DNA of 56,547 nucleotides from Candidatus Woesearchaeota archaeon (GCA_016203445.1 JACQMS010000030.1:1-56547); one strand, 5' to 3'; numbered from the stretch's first letter, positions 27,298 through 37,244 are shown. Notes: generated from the letters alone by a model not told the origin. Made by a program: numbers and translations.

Positions 27298-29391
27298 ATG
27301 AAAAAAATTCTTGACGTAAATTCTTCGAAGCCTTTTATCATAACTGCCGCGCTTCCTTACGCTAATGGCCGGCTCCATATTGGTCATATTGTTGAGTACG
27401 TTCAGGCGGATATTTATGCAAGGTTTCTAAGACTGGCAGGTGTTGATGCTAAGTATTATTGTGCTTCTGATACTCATGGGACCCCAATAGAGGTTAAGGC
27501 TCAGGAGCTGAAGATTTCTCCTGATGAGCTTGTGCAGAAAAATCACGAGCATAATAAGACGGTTCTTCAAAAGTATGGAGTGAATTTTGAATCTTTTCAT
27601 GCCACTAATAGTTCTGAGAACAAAGAACTTACAGAGTGGTTTTGGGGTGTTCACTTGTCAAAGGGTTTGTTATACACTAAACAGATTGAGTTATCTTATT
27701 GTAATAATTGTAAAAGGTTTCTTCCTGACAGGTTTGTTAAAGGCAATTGTCCAAAATGTGGCGCTCCTGACCAGTATGGTGATGTTTGCGAGAAGTGCAA
27801 TGGAACTCATAAAACTATTGATCTAAAAAATCCTTATTGCGTTATTTGCAAGAAGTCTGCCGGTAGAAAGAATTCTGAGCACCACTTTTTCAAGTTGTCG
27901 GCGTTCAAGGAGCCTCTGGCAAACTGGCTTTCGTCTAATAAAAATTTGCAGTCTGAAGTTGTTAATCAGGTAATGGTTTGGGTTGATCAAGGTTTGGATG
28001 ATTGGTGCATTACTAGGGATGAGCCTTATTACGGCTTTAAAGTTCCTGGTATTGATAACAAATATGTTTATGTTTGGTATGACGCGCCCATCGGATATAT
28101 TTCTAGTGTCGCCAATGCTTCTGGTAGTGTTGAGCAGGGGTTGAAAAAGTGGAAGTCTTCAAGGATAACTCATGTCATAGGCAAGGATATTTTGTATTTT
28201 CACTTTTTGTTCTGGCCTGCAATGCTTCATGGTGCCGGTCTTCAAATGCCTGATAATGTTACAGTTCATGGTCATCTGAAATGGGAGGGTGAAAAACTTT
28301 CTAAATCTAGAGGAACTCTTATTGACGCGGATGATTTTCTAAAATTAACAAGCCCGGAATTTTTGAGGTTTTATTACGCTTATCATTTGAGCAAGACTAT
28401 GAATGATATCGATTTTACTAAGGATTCTTTTTTGAAGGTTGTTAATACTGAGCTTATTGCAAACATTGCGAATTACTGTTATAGGGTTTTATCTTTTTGT
28501 TCTACTAAGCTTGGCGGAAAAATATCTGTTTGTGACAGCTCTGATGTTCAGAAAAAGATTCTGGAAATCTCTGAAAGAGTTTTGCACTCTTACGCTCGTT
28601 TTGATTTTAGGGAAGCAGTTAGGGGAATATTGGAGATAGGTTCTGTTGGTAATACTTATCTTCAAGATAAAGAGCCTTGGAAGGTTTTAAAGGATGATGA
28701 GGATTTGGCCCGTAAAACTATTACCACCGCGGTTAATATATCAAAAATTATTTCTATATTGATCAAGCCTATAATTCCTGAATTTTCCAGATCTTTGGAA
28801 GATCAAATTGGCGCCGGAGTTTTATCCAATAATGATATCAATTTTAAGTATGAAAATAAGACTGTTAGTGGTGCTAGAATAATTTTTCAAAGGGTTGATT
28901 CTTTAGAAATTAACACTGGTGATTCTTTTTCCAGCGTTGATTTAAAAGTTGCGAAAATATTGAGTGTTGATAATCATCCTACTGCCGAGAAATTGTATGT
29001 TTTAAATACTGATTTGGGCTCTGAAAACAAGGTTATCGTTGCCGGGCTTCGCAAGTATTATTCTCCTGAAGAGCTTTTGGGGCGGAACATTGTAGTGGTT
29101 GCAAATCTTGAGCCTGCAACTCTCAGAGGTGTGAAAAGCAACGGCATGCTTCTCGCATCCATTGATAAGAAAGGAACTCCAAGAATTTTAAGCCCTACAA
29201 AGAGTTCTCCAGGTGATGATGTTTTCATTGATGGTGCGGTGAAGAAAGCTGTTAAGCAGATAACTATTGAGGAATATTCTTCTCTTGGAATAAAAGTTTT
29301 CAAAGGGCGCGCAAGCTATAAAAGTTCGCCTCTTAAAACAATCCATGAAGAAATCATTGCGGATGCTCCTGAAGAAAGCTTGATTGGGTAA
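27298..29391 (+). CDS. metG: Methionyl-tRNA synthetase with C-terminal tRNA-binding domain
   Basis: ALPYANGRLHIGH, zinc knuckles, YVWYDAPIGY, KLSKS, NLEPATLRGVKSNGM. Confidence 0.97.
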   Translation: MKKILDVNSSKPFIITAALPYANGRLHIGHIVEYVQADIYARFLRLAGVDAKYYCASDTHGTPIEVKAQELKISPDELVQKNHEHNKTVLQKYGVNFESFHATNSSENKELTEWFWGVHLSKGLLYTKQIELSYCNNCKRFLPDRFVKGNCPKCGAPDQYGDVCEKCNGTHKTIDLKNPYCVICKKSAGRKNSEHHFFKLSAFKEPLANWLSSNKNLQSEVVNQVMVWVDQGLDDWCITRDEPYYGFKVPGIDNKYVYVWYDAPIGYISSVANASGSVEQGLKKWKSSRITHVIGKDILYFHFLFWPAMLHGAGLQMPDNVTVHGHLKWEGEKLSKSRGTLIDADDFLKLTSPEFLRFYYAYHLSKTMNDIDFTKDSFLKVVNTELIANIANYCYRVLSFCSTKLGGKISVCDSSDVQKKILEISERVLHSYARFDFREAVRGILEIGSVGNTYLQDKEPWKVLKDDEDLARKTITTAVNISKIISILIKPIIPEFSRSLEDQIGAGVLSNNDINFKYENKTVSGARIIFQRVDSLEINTGDSFSSVDLKVAKILSVDNHPTAEKLYVLNTDLGSENKVIVAGLRKYYSPEELLGRNIVVVANLEPATLRGVKSNGMLLASIDKKGTPRILSPTKSSPGDDVFIDGAVKKAVKQITIEEYSSLGIKVFKGRASYKSSPLKTIHEEIIADAPEESLIG

Positions 29392-29422
29392 AGATGAGTT
29401 CTGTGTCTAAGATTTTTTTTAA

Positions 29423-32356
29423 TCATCTACTAACTTTTTTCCTTTTTCTTGCAGTGTTCTTTTGCTGTTGTGCGTTTGCGTTTTGCAGTCCATTATCGTA
29501 GCAGGCTCTAAGTCCTTGTTCTAATCCTTGAGTTAAGCATTCTCTCGCTACTTGTTCGCTGTCCTCTATTATTGTTCTTATCATTAATTCTTGCGATCCT
29601 CCGTACATTCTTAATCCGCTTCCTGATAATACCGCTTGAACTTCTCTAACATAATTGCTCCAAGCACAGCCAACTGCAGTATACATAGTGTTTAACGCTT
29701 TTTGTTCAAAACTTTTTTCTTGTGACGCGGTTCTCCAAATATTTTCGCAGACTTGTTCAACTGAATTTCTCACGTCTTCAATTCTGCGAGTTCCGTTTTG
29801 TAGCGCTTTGCTTACTACTTCTTGTGATGCATCGTTTCCTAGCAGTTCTGCAATGTTGTATGAAAACATGTTTATCCTTCTGGATTCATAATTTCCTGCT
29901 TTGTAGAACGCGCCAATAAATGCTAATTCTCTGGACATTTCTGGAGTTAAAACTCCCGTTTTTTTCGCTTCTTCTTCCAAGACTTCTAACAGTATGTCAG
30001 TATATAATTGTGCCACTCCTTCAGATTTGTATCCTGTTTTTCTTTCTATCATTGCAAAGTCTGGAACTAGCAATGAATTTTTTTTGTAAGACTTTCCTAG
30101 TTCTCTTCTTAAAATTCTTACGATTCTCGCGGAGTATGGGCGCAATAGTAATGCTGATGCGTACGCACTTGTGGTTTTTTGTGAAGCTTTTCTGCACAAC
30201 TCTTCAGCATTTATCGCGACTCCCTCGTTTTCTGCTGTTCTCGTTAATAAATCATAATTTTTAGATTGCTCAATTGTTTTTTGAACCGCATTATCAAGAA
30301 CGAATCCTATTGTTTTTGTGTGGGCTTCAGCATGTTTCTCCCTTAACTCGTCACAAATCTCTATGAATACTCCTCTGTACTTTTCTATAATTCCCGTAAT
30401 ATCTCTAGACCACGTTCTTGCTTTTGATGCGTTTATCTCTATTTCTTTTTGTTTTCTTCTTGACGGTACTGCATCTTGAGGACTTCTGAATATGTATACA
30501 AATCCAGCATTTCTCTGTCTTCCTGTACGCCCTATTGCTTGTCTGTCGCATCTTTCATAAGGAAAATGTTCTCCTATAACAACGCTTAATGGTACTCCTA
30601 TTGGTGGTTTTATGTCTGTTCCTCTACCAGCCATTTCTGAAGCTACTGTTATACTTCCAGGAATTCCTGCATTTTTTATCGCTTCACATTCGTTTCCTTG
30701 GGTTGATGCGTTCAGTAATGCTACCTTTGTTGGAATTCCTCTTTCAGACAATCTTTTCTCTATAAACTCTTTTACTTTTCTTGAATTGTCAACTCCCGGA
30801 ACGTCAACAAGTACAGGGTTATTCGTTTCATGAATTACTACAACTTTGTGAGCCATGCTTTCCAATTTTTCTTCCAGTGTTGAGCAGTCGTGAAACTCTA
30901 TTACTCTTCTTGAATCGTGGTGTGTCGGTATAACTATTGTTTTAAGCCCGTACTCTATTTTCAATTCTCTGGATGATGTTCCTGTAGTTCCCAAAATTTT
31001 GCCGTAAGAGTCTGCGAGAAATAATGGTGCTGACGTTGTGTTAATCAAATCAGAATCAAGATTTACTTGAACTCCTTCTTTAGCTTCTAAGAATGAATGC
31101 AGTAAGTCTCCCAATCTCCTTGATTCTTCTGAGCGCCCCGTTGTTGCATCAACTAGTTTTATTTTTCCATCATCAACAACGTATTCTGTTCCGGGAAGCG
31201 CCTCAATTCCTGGAGTCATCATTTTTGCCCTCAATGCCTGGGTTACTAAAAATGCCGGGCTTCCATGAATTCCTGTGCGTCTTCCAAATATGTCTGTAGA
31301 ATTGAAGTGTTTGCTTATTTTTTCTATTCCTCTGTTCGTTAAATCTATTACAGGAGCGGAATTTTTGGTGCTTCTCCACACAACATAGTCTCCGTCAACG
31401 TTTTCTATATCTGTTTTTCTTAATTCTTTTGTTGAACCCGTTAAGTTTTTGCATTCTAAACCGTTCGCGAAAGAGTATGTGTCTCTTACGAAATCTCCAA
31501 AATCTTCCGATTCTTTAATGCTTGGAGGCATTCCTGAAAGATTAAGCCCTATTAATGGTTTGTCTAATAGTACATCGTCAATTTCGTCAATTATTGCTAA
31601 GCGTCTTCTTCTTGATTCTTCGCTGACTCTTATTATTCTTTCCGGCCCGAACTGTTCTTCCATGTCTCTGAACGCAAATTGTGATAATGTTCCAAAAGTT
31701 ATATCGCTCCTTAATGCTTCCGCGACTTCTCTGCAGTACTGCTCGTTGCCTTCTTTTGTTTGCGGAAATTCTTCTCTTGATGGCATAGATTTGACTTTTA
31801 GTCCTAAAATTTCGTAAATTTTTGATACAAGTGCAACATCTCTGTTTGCTAGGTATTCATTTGATGTCATTACGTGAACTGAGCTTGAACCTTCAATTTT
31901 TCCCTGAAGCGAGTTAAGTATTGCTGGCAGTGCTATCGCGAATGTTTTTCCTTCACCGCAAGCCAATTCTGCAATGTACCCTTCGGCCATTGCCATTCCT
32001 GCCATGAATTGCGAATCTGTCAGAGTTATAGACCTTGTTTTGTCTGTTGAAGCGTCGTACTCTCCAGATTTTCTGAACGCCGCGCCTATCAGTCCAAATG
32101 ATTCAGGAATTACTTCTCTGCTTAACTCTCTTCTTGATGTATTTTTTGTTTGAACTCTTTTTCTTAGTTCGTTCATTTTTTCGCGCATTTCTTCTTCAGT
32201 CATTGCTGTGTATAATTCTTCGAAATGTCTTGTTGCAGATAGCGTGCTTCCTGTCAATATGCGATCATATCTTAGCCTTGCCCGGGTTAAGGATTTGGGC
32301 GCTTCTCTAGCTATTTGTTTTATTGTTTCAACGAGCCCCATAAGTCGAGAAAACAC
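29423..32356 (-). CDS. secA: Divergent SecA-family preprotein translocase ATPase
   Basis: IAELACGEGKT, HVMTSNEYLANRD, AIIDEIDD, VDATTGR..RR..LH..LEAKEGV, GTTGT, IPT, LNA, MAGRGTDIK, GRTGRQ, GLRMYG, all in canonical SecA order. Confidence 0.9.
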   Translation of the reverse strand: MFSRLMGLVETIKQIAREAPKSLTRARLRYDRILTGSTLSATRHFEELYTAMTEEEMREKMNELRKRVQTKNTSRRELSREVIPESFGLIGAAFRKSGEYDASTDKTRSITLTDSQFMAGMAMAEGYIAELACGEGKTFAIALPAILNSLQGKIEGSSSVHVMTSNEYLANRDVALVSKIYEILGLKVKSMPSREEFPQTKEGNEQYCREVAEALRSDITFGTLSQFAFRDMEEQFGPERIIRVSEESRRRRLAIIDEIDDVLLDKPLIGLNLSGMPPSIKESEDFGDFVRDTYSFANGLECKNLTGSTKELRKTDIENVDGDYVVWRSTKNSAPVIDLTNRGIEKISKHFNSTDIFGRRTGIHGSPAFLVTQALRAKMMTPGIEALPGTEYVVDDGKIKLVDATTGRSEESRRLGDLLHSFLEAKEGVQVNLDSDLINTTSAPLFLADSYGKILGTTGTSSRELKIEYGLKTIVIPTHHDSRRVIEFHDCSTLEEKLESMAHKVVVIHETNNPVLVDVPGVDNSRKVKEFIEKRLSERGIPTKVALLNASTQGNECEAIKNAGIPGSITVASEMAGRGTDIKPPIGVPLSVVIGEHFPYERCDRQAIGRTGRQRNAGFVYIFRSPQDAVPSRRKQKEIEINASKARTWSRDITGIIEKYRGVFIEICDELREKHAEAHTKTIGFVLDNAVQKTIEQSKNYDLLTRTAENEGVAINAEELCRKASQKTTSAYASALLLRPYSARIVRILRRELGKSYKKNSLLVPDFAMIERKTGYKSEGVAQLYTDILLEVLEEEAKKTGVLTPEMSRELAFIGAFYKAGNYESRRINMFSYNIAELLGNDASQEVVSKALQNGTRRIEDVRNSVEQVCENIWRTASQEKSFEQKALNTMYTAVGCAWSNYVREVQAVLSGSGLRMYGGSQELMIRTIIEDSEQVARECLTQGLEQGLRACYDNGLQNANAQQQKNTARKRKKVSR

Positions 32357-32448
32357 GTTAAGAGTTTATAAATGTTTCTATTAGTTTACCACTAAAAGGT
32401 GACATTAAATTTTGTTTTGGGCGGGAGAAGGATTTAAAAACAATAACT

Positions 32449-33141
32449 ATGAAAAGCCCCCTAATGCCCCAGAAATATGAAAAAGAGCACGACCACAAGG
32501 GAATGCCTTGGTGGATGAAGACTGAAACTGCTAAAAAAACTGAAAAGTTTATAGATAAAGCTATACCCCCGCTGGTTCTTCTTCTAGGAATACTTATTCT
32601 TCTAGAATTTATTCACGGGTTTAGTGAGTATCAGAAGTGGATTGATGCATTTGATTACGTGATAGTCGCATTTTTTCTTGCAGACTTGACATTTAAGTGG
32701 TATCATACAAGAAAGCTTGTTCCTTTCATAAAGAATTATTGGCTTGATATTCTCGCAGTTTTTCCTTTCTACTTGGCGTTCAGGGTTTGGCAGGAATTTA
32801 TAGTTGTTGGAACTGTGGCACAGGAAGTTGGTGAAGCGCAAAAGCTTGCTCATGAGATTGTATTAGTCAGGGAGACTAGGCTTTTGAAAGAGGCAGAGCT
32901 TTTGAAAGAGGCAAGGCTTTTGGAAGAGTTAAAAATCGCGAGAGTTGCTAGAGGAATACAGGTCGGCCAGAGAGCTATAAGGGCAACTGCATTAATTTCC
33001 GAAGATGAGGAAAAAAGAGGTTTTTTTTACAGGATGAAAAAAGTTATTGATCATTGGAAAGCCAGAAGAAGAGCTAGATGGCTTATTGCTCATGCTCACA
33101 TGCATAAGAGAAGACACTCTATTCACGGAGCATTTGCTTAA
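32449..33141 (+). CDS. Voltage-sensor-like (S1-S4) membrane protein lacking a pore domain
   Basis: FDYVIVAFFLADL (S2), WLDILAVFPF (S3), R/K-periodic S4-like segment. No selectivity-filter motif. Confidence 0.7.
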   Translation: MKSPLMPQKYEKEHDHKGMPWWMKTETAKKTEKFIDKAIPPLVLLLGILILLEFIHGFSEYQKWIDAFDYVIVAFFLADLTFKWYHTRKLVPFIKNYWLDILAVFPFYLAFRVWQEFIVVGTVAQEVGEAQKLAHEIVLVRETRLLKEAELLKEARLLEELKIARVARGIQVGQRAIRATALISEDEEKRGFFYRMKKVIDHWKARRRARWLIAHAHMHKRRHSIHGAFA

Positions 33142-33161
33142 CAATTGTTGGTATTGCTATT

Positions 33162-33593
33162 ATGAATATTACAATAATTTGTGTCGGCCGCGTCAAGGAA
33201 CGTTTTACTAAAGACTGGATTTTCGAGTTCGAAAAAAGGTTGAGAACGCATTGGAAAATTGATTTCAAAGAAATATTGGAAAGCAACAAGTCTGACGAAA
33301 ACAAAAAAATTCTTTGCTTGATAAATAAAGAAAATTTTAATATTTGCCTTGACAAGGAAGGAATTAAATTGTCCAGCGAGAGTTTTGCAGAGCTTCTCAA
33401 AGAAAAACAGTTTGTTCCAATAAAAATAATCATCGGCGGTCCCGAAGGCTTAGATTCTGAAACCATTAGGAAGTGTGATATTTCTATAAGTCTTGGCAGT
33501 ATGACTTGGACTCATCAGATAGCCAGGTTGCTGATAATTGAGCAGATTTTCAGGGCTCAGGAAATACTACGAGGCGGTAAATATCACAAATAG
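33162..33593 (+). CDS. rlmH: 23S rRNA pseudouridine-1915 N3-methyltransferase (SPOUT)
   Basis: IICVGRVK, IIGGPEG, SLGSMTWTHQIARLLIIEQIFRA, YHK. Confidence 0.9.
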   Translation: MNITIICVGRVKERFTKDWIFEFEKRLRTHWKIDFKEILESNKSDENKKILCLINKENFNICLDKEGIKLSSESFAELLKEKQFVPIKIIIGGPEGLDSETIRKCDISISLGSMTWTHQIARLLIIEQIFRAQEILRGGKYHK

Positions 33594-33635
33594 TACCCTA
33601 CAGTCAAGAAAAATCGTGACATTTATATAGTAAAA

Positions 33636-34727
33636 GTGGTGTTTCGTTGCCAGATGGTCATTAAAAAGAGTGATAGGGCTAATATACTGCTTGTCGCGCT
33701 TATAGCGCTGCTTGCTTATTTGTCTTTTCAAATAGTAAGGCCTTTCATAAACACTATTCTTGGAGCGTTCATAATAGCATTTCTTTTTTACCCTCTTTAT
33801 TCCAGAATAGCTAAGAGAACTAGCCCTTCTGCTTCTGCTTTTATAGTTTCGGCAATACTTCTTCTATTAATAATAACTCCCACATATTTTGCTGTTAACG
33901 CGATATCTTCAGAAGCAAGTTATTTGTATCTGCGCACCAAGCAGATATCTGCTACTGGCAGCTTTTTTACAGTCCAGTGTACTTCTAATGATTTTTTTTG
34001 TTTGGCTTCAAGAGGCATTGACAAGATTGTTGAGGATCCTCAATTGAATCTTTATTTTAGGAGTGTTATAGGAAAGATTACTGATTACATAATTAATTCT
34101 GCTACCGATTTCGTTTTGCTTCTTCCAAATTTCCTGATGCATATGTTCATAATATTTTTTATATTGTATTATGCATTTAAGGAGTCTGATAATTTTATCG
34201 GTTCTTTTAAGAATCTTTTTCCTGGAAGTTCTAGTGTTTCAGAAGTTGTAATAACTCAGTTAAGAAATGTTGTTAATGCGGTAATACTTGGCTCGTTGAT
34301 TATTGCTTTTCTTCAGGGAGTTGCGGCCGCTATTGGCTTCTTGCTATTCGGAATTGCCTCGCCATTCTTATGGGCAGTTTTGATTGCGTGCATAGCTCTC
34401 ATTCCTATGATTGGCGCCACAGTAATTTGGGCTCCTCTAGGAACTTTTTATTTGTTGTCAGGCATAGTTTCTAATAGTAACTGGGGAGTAATTCAGGGAG
34501 TCTTTGTTTTAACTTACGGCTTTTTTGTAATATCAGGCATAGAAAATGTTTTGAAGCCCAAAATAATAAGCAAGTGGGGAAATGTTCACCCGGTTATTGT
34601 GATTCTTGGGGCCATTGGGGGAGTTACAATTTTTGGCATTACCGGATTTATTATAGGTCCTCTAGTTTTAGCAACTGTGAAAACTCTTCTTGAAGAGCCA
34701 AAGGTTAGAGTGATATTTGGTGTCTAG
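33636..34727 (+). CDS. AI-2E (PerM) family transporter
   Basis: LIPMIGATVIW, ENVLKPKII, HP..VILGAIGG..FG..GFIIGP. Confidence 0.9.
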   Translation: MVFRCQMVIKKSDRANILLVALIALLAYLSFQIVRPFINTILGAFIIAFLFYPLYSRIAKRTSPSASAFIVSAILLLLIITPTYFAVNAISSEASYLYLRTKQISATGSFFTVQCTSNDFFCLASRGIDKIVEDPQLNLYFRSVIGKITDYIINSATDFVLLLPNFLMHMFIIFFILYYAFKESDNFIGSFKNLFPGSSSVSEVVITQLRNVVNAVILGSLIIAFLQGVAAAIGFLLFGIASPFLWAVLIACIALIPMIGATVIWAPLGTFYLLSGIVSNSNWGVIQGVFVLTYGFFVISGIENVLKPKIISKWGNVHPVIVILGAIGGVTIFGITGFIIGPLVLATVKTLLEEPKVRVIFGV

Positions 34728-34845
34728 AAAAATTTAAAGCGTGAAAATTTTTCGGTTTCGGCCAACAAACCAAGAATATTTTCGACTTGTCATTATCGGC
34801 CAAAACTCGAGTCACTTAATTTTACAATTTTTTACAACTGCCAGC

Positions 34846-35040
34846 CTATTTCACGTTTAATCTTAACGCGGAATTTATCCAGCAGTGTCCTATGAAGCTT
34901 TCTACTAAAGCTATCACTCCTATTATCATCATTACCCACCAAATTAGTGGTTGTGATATTGATGGGAGCAATAATTGTATGATCCAAATTCCAAGAATGA
35001 ATCTTAAAATTCTGTCAATGCTTCCAAGATTTTGTTTCAT
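34846..35040 (-). CDS. DUF2892 (YgaP-like) small membrane protein
   Basis: NLGSIDRILRFILG, GHCWI..L. Strong GGAGGTGA ribosome-binding site. Confidence 0.85.
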   Translation of the reverse strand: MKQNLGSIDRILRFILGIWIIQLLLPSISQPLIWWVMMIIGVIALVESFIGHCWINSALRLNVK

Positions 35041-35066
35041 TATTTCACCTCCTTATTATTTTTTTG

Positions 35067-35276
35067 CTACTCTATGATTTCTGCGAACACTATTTCGAAA
35101 AGTCTCTCTCTTAATCTTGATAAATATCTTCTTACATATCTGAGAGCTTCTATAATGCGCGCTGATGAGTATATTAGTACTCCCGAAGCGAAACCGCTCC
35201 AGCCCGTTACCGATAAAAGCACAACGTGTTTTGATATCGCGTGAATAAGTATCCAGTGTGCTATATCTATTTTCAT
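35067..35276 (-). CDS. Small hypothetical protein
   Basis: ATG overlaps the upstream stop (TAATG), suggesting translational coupling. Confidence 0.4.
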   Translation of the reverse strand: MKIDIAHWILIHAISKHVVLLSVTGWSGFASGVLIYSSARIIEALRYVRRYLSRLRERLFEIVFAEIIE

Positions 35277-36184
35277 TATGCAACACCCCTCAATAGTTCA
35301 AAAACTTTTTTTCTTCTTAGAACGGTCTCAAATGGAATTTTGCTTTTCGCTTTTATTATAGCATCGTCTGGAGTCCTAACCACTAAAGTTCCGTCACGGA
35401 TATTGTACGACAGATCTATTCTTTCACGATTCATGAACGGTCTTAGTATAGCTAAATCTTGATGGTTGTTTCCTAAAAAGTATCCTGCGAAAGCCATTCC
35501 TATTCCTTGAACAGCGCGCACTGAACCATTCAACGACAGAACGTATCTCTCATCTGGTATGTTGTGGTTTACTACTTGAAGCAGTAATCTCTCAGGACCT
35601 TTAGATGGACCTTCGTATATTATGCTTCTTTGACCACTTCCTCTTCTAACAACTTTTAAAGAGTGTGATATATCTTCTGGTCTCAAACTTGTATAACCAG
35701 ATAGTCTTGATAGTAATATTATCGCGAGGTTTACATCTTTACCTAATGATGCTGATAACTCTCTGAGTCTAGGCTTTGATAATTGTGCTGACAAGTTTTC
35801 TACAACCTTTTCAATGTTCGCGTCATCATCGTTCATTGAGCTATCTGCCATAAAGCTATCCGCCATAACAATATTATCTCTCAAATGTCTGGTAGAAAAA
35901 TATCTGGTAGAACAATTACTAGTAGCACTATTAGCACTAGTGACAGTTTGACTTTCTAGCAACCCCATAGACTTTAATTCTTCTAGTGCTTCATAAGCTT
36001 CTGTTCTCATTTCTTCAAAATTGGGGCCATAATTTCCTACCGGCACAGTTTCTGAGATTAGAGACCCGTCTGGGCTTTCACTCCTGCTTGAGCCACCAAG
36101 TATTGCAATTGCAGGCGTTAGGCCGCGGGTAGCGCGCCCCGAGCGTGAATACGAATTTCTAAAATAAACATTTTTCTTGAACAT
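35276..36184 (-). CDS. Hypothetical protein
   Basis: 302-aa ORF with an S/R/G-rich N-terminus. Confidence 0.7.
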   Translation of the reverse strand: MFKKNVYFRNSYSRSGRATRGLTPAIAILGGSSRSESPDGSLISETVPVGNYGPNFEEMRTEAYEALEELKSMGLLESQTVTSANSATSNCSTRYFSTRHLRDNIVMADSFMADSSMNDDDANIEKVVENLSAQLSKPRLRELSASLGKDVNLAIILLSRLSGYTSLRPEDISHSLKVVRRGSGQRSIIYEGPSKGPERLLLQVVNHNIPDERYVLSLNGSVRAVQGIGMAFAGYFLGNNHQDLAILRPFMNRERIDLSYNIRDGTLVVRTPDDAIIKAKSKIPFETVLRRKKVFELLRGVA

Positions 36185-36313
36185 TTTTCATCACCATTAC
36201 AATTCATGCATGAATGGCTGATTCTAAAGAATAAAGATTTAACCAGTAAACAATACTATAAGTACGATAACGATTTAAAAGGGTCTGGGCGCGTTAGAAA
36301 TTGCTTGTCAAGA

Positions 36314-36958
36314 TTACTTAACTACTGATCCAACAAATTTCTCTTCTTTGAATGCCTGAAACATATTTTTGACATTAGAACCTATAAATATGACTTTCAC
36401 ACTTTTCTTCTCGCACAACCTTATTGCTGGAGGGTCGAATGGTATGTTCATTCCTGGAGTCCATCTTCCTGGAAACAATGCTCTGAATTCTTTCCAAGAT
36501 AATTTTTTTATTGCTCTGGCCCCGGGGCTTCCTGGCTTTTTTGAATATATATAATCAACATTTGTTATATTAAAAACTTTTTTTATTCCGTAAGCCAGTG
36601 CGAATTCTACAGTGTCAAAATCTGACGAGTGCCCCGGCTCGAAACCTCCTGACACTAAAACTTTTTTGAAATTGTGCTTTCCAATCTTGTCAGTTCTTTC
36701 AACTCCCAGAACTCTGGCCACTAATTCTGCATTCAGCTGTGTTGCTTGAATTCCTACAAAGTCTTGATCTTTTTTCGAATTGTCAAGTTTTGATAATGCT
36801 CCAGCGTACAATCTTGCCGTTGTCCCTCCGCCTATAACAAAAATTACTTTGCCCTTAAACCGCGCCATTTCTCTTCTTAAATCTCTTAGAAATTCCACGT
36901 TTGGAGTTCCAGGCATTATTACAGAGCCTCCAAGGGACGCAACTATTAACCGAGTCAT
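36314..36958 (-). CDS. pyrH: UMP kinase (archaeal type)
   Basis: SLGGS, GGGTTARLY, D..GIQAT.LNA, GHSSD, TNVDYIY, FDP.A. Confidence 0.93.
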   Translation of the reverse strand: MTRLIVASLGGSVIMPGTPNVEFLRDLRREMARFKGKVIFVIGGGTTARLYAGALSKLDNSKKDQDFVGIQATQLNAELVARVLGVERTDKIGKHNFKKVLVSGGFEPGHSSDFDTVEFALAYGIKKVFNITNVDYIYSKKPGSPGARAIKKLSWKEFRALFPGRWTPGMNIPFDPPAIRLCEKKSVKVIFIGSNVKNMFQAFKEEKFVGSVVK

Positions 36959-37016
36959 GAGTTTACACTAAAAATCCCAGAATAAAAAGGTTTCGGAAAA
37001 AGATAGTTTTAAAATG

Positions 37017-37075
37017 TCAGAAACCGCCATTCGTAATCTCCCTGCTTCAGCTCGGAGTAAGAAGGTGGTTTCTGA
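37017..37075. repeat. REP-like hairpin
   Basis: TCAGAAACCGCC / GGTGGTTTCTGA outer stem. Inner CTCC-CTGCTTCAGCTC-GGAG carries the family loop motif. Confidence 0.6.
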
Positions 37076-37081
37076 TCATGA

Positions 37082-37123
37082 TCAAGAACCTCACGCCTCG
37101 GGCTTTAGCCCGGCGGTTCTTGA
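37082..37123. mobile_element. IS200/IS605-like palindromic remnant (PATE-like)
   Basis: TCAAGAACC..CGGGC-TTTA-GCCCG..GGTTCTTGA. GGGCTTTAGCCC hairpins are typical of this family's ends. Confidence 0.55.
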
Positions 37124-37152
37124 CATGCTCTCAGATCACCTTGTTTTGTAAA

Positions 37153-37225
37153 GGACCTGTGGTCTAGTGGCTATGACGGCTCGTTGACGTCGAGCAGGTC
37201 GCCAGTTCGAATCTGGCCAGGTCCA
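37153..37225 (+). tRNA. tRNA-Val(GAC)
   Basis: GGACCTG/CAGGTCC, anticodon arm GCTCG-TTGACGT-CGAGC, TTCGAAT. Confidence 0.96.
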
Positions 37226-37244
37226 TTATGATTTGAACCAAATG

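Noticed and set aside
35056-35286. 76-aa ORF in an alternative frame
   Set aside because: It overlaps the upstream gene. The 35067..35276 frame has the better coupled start.
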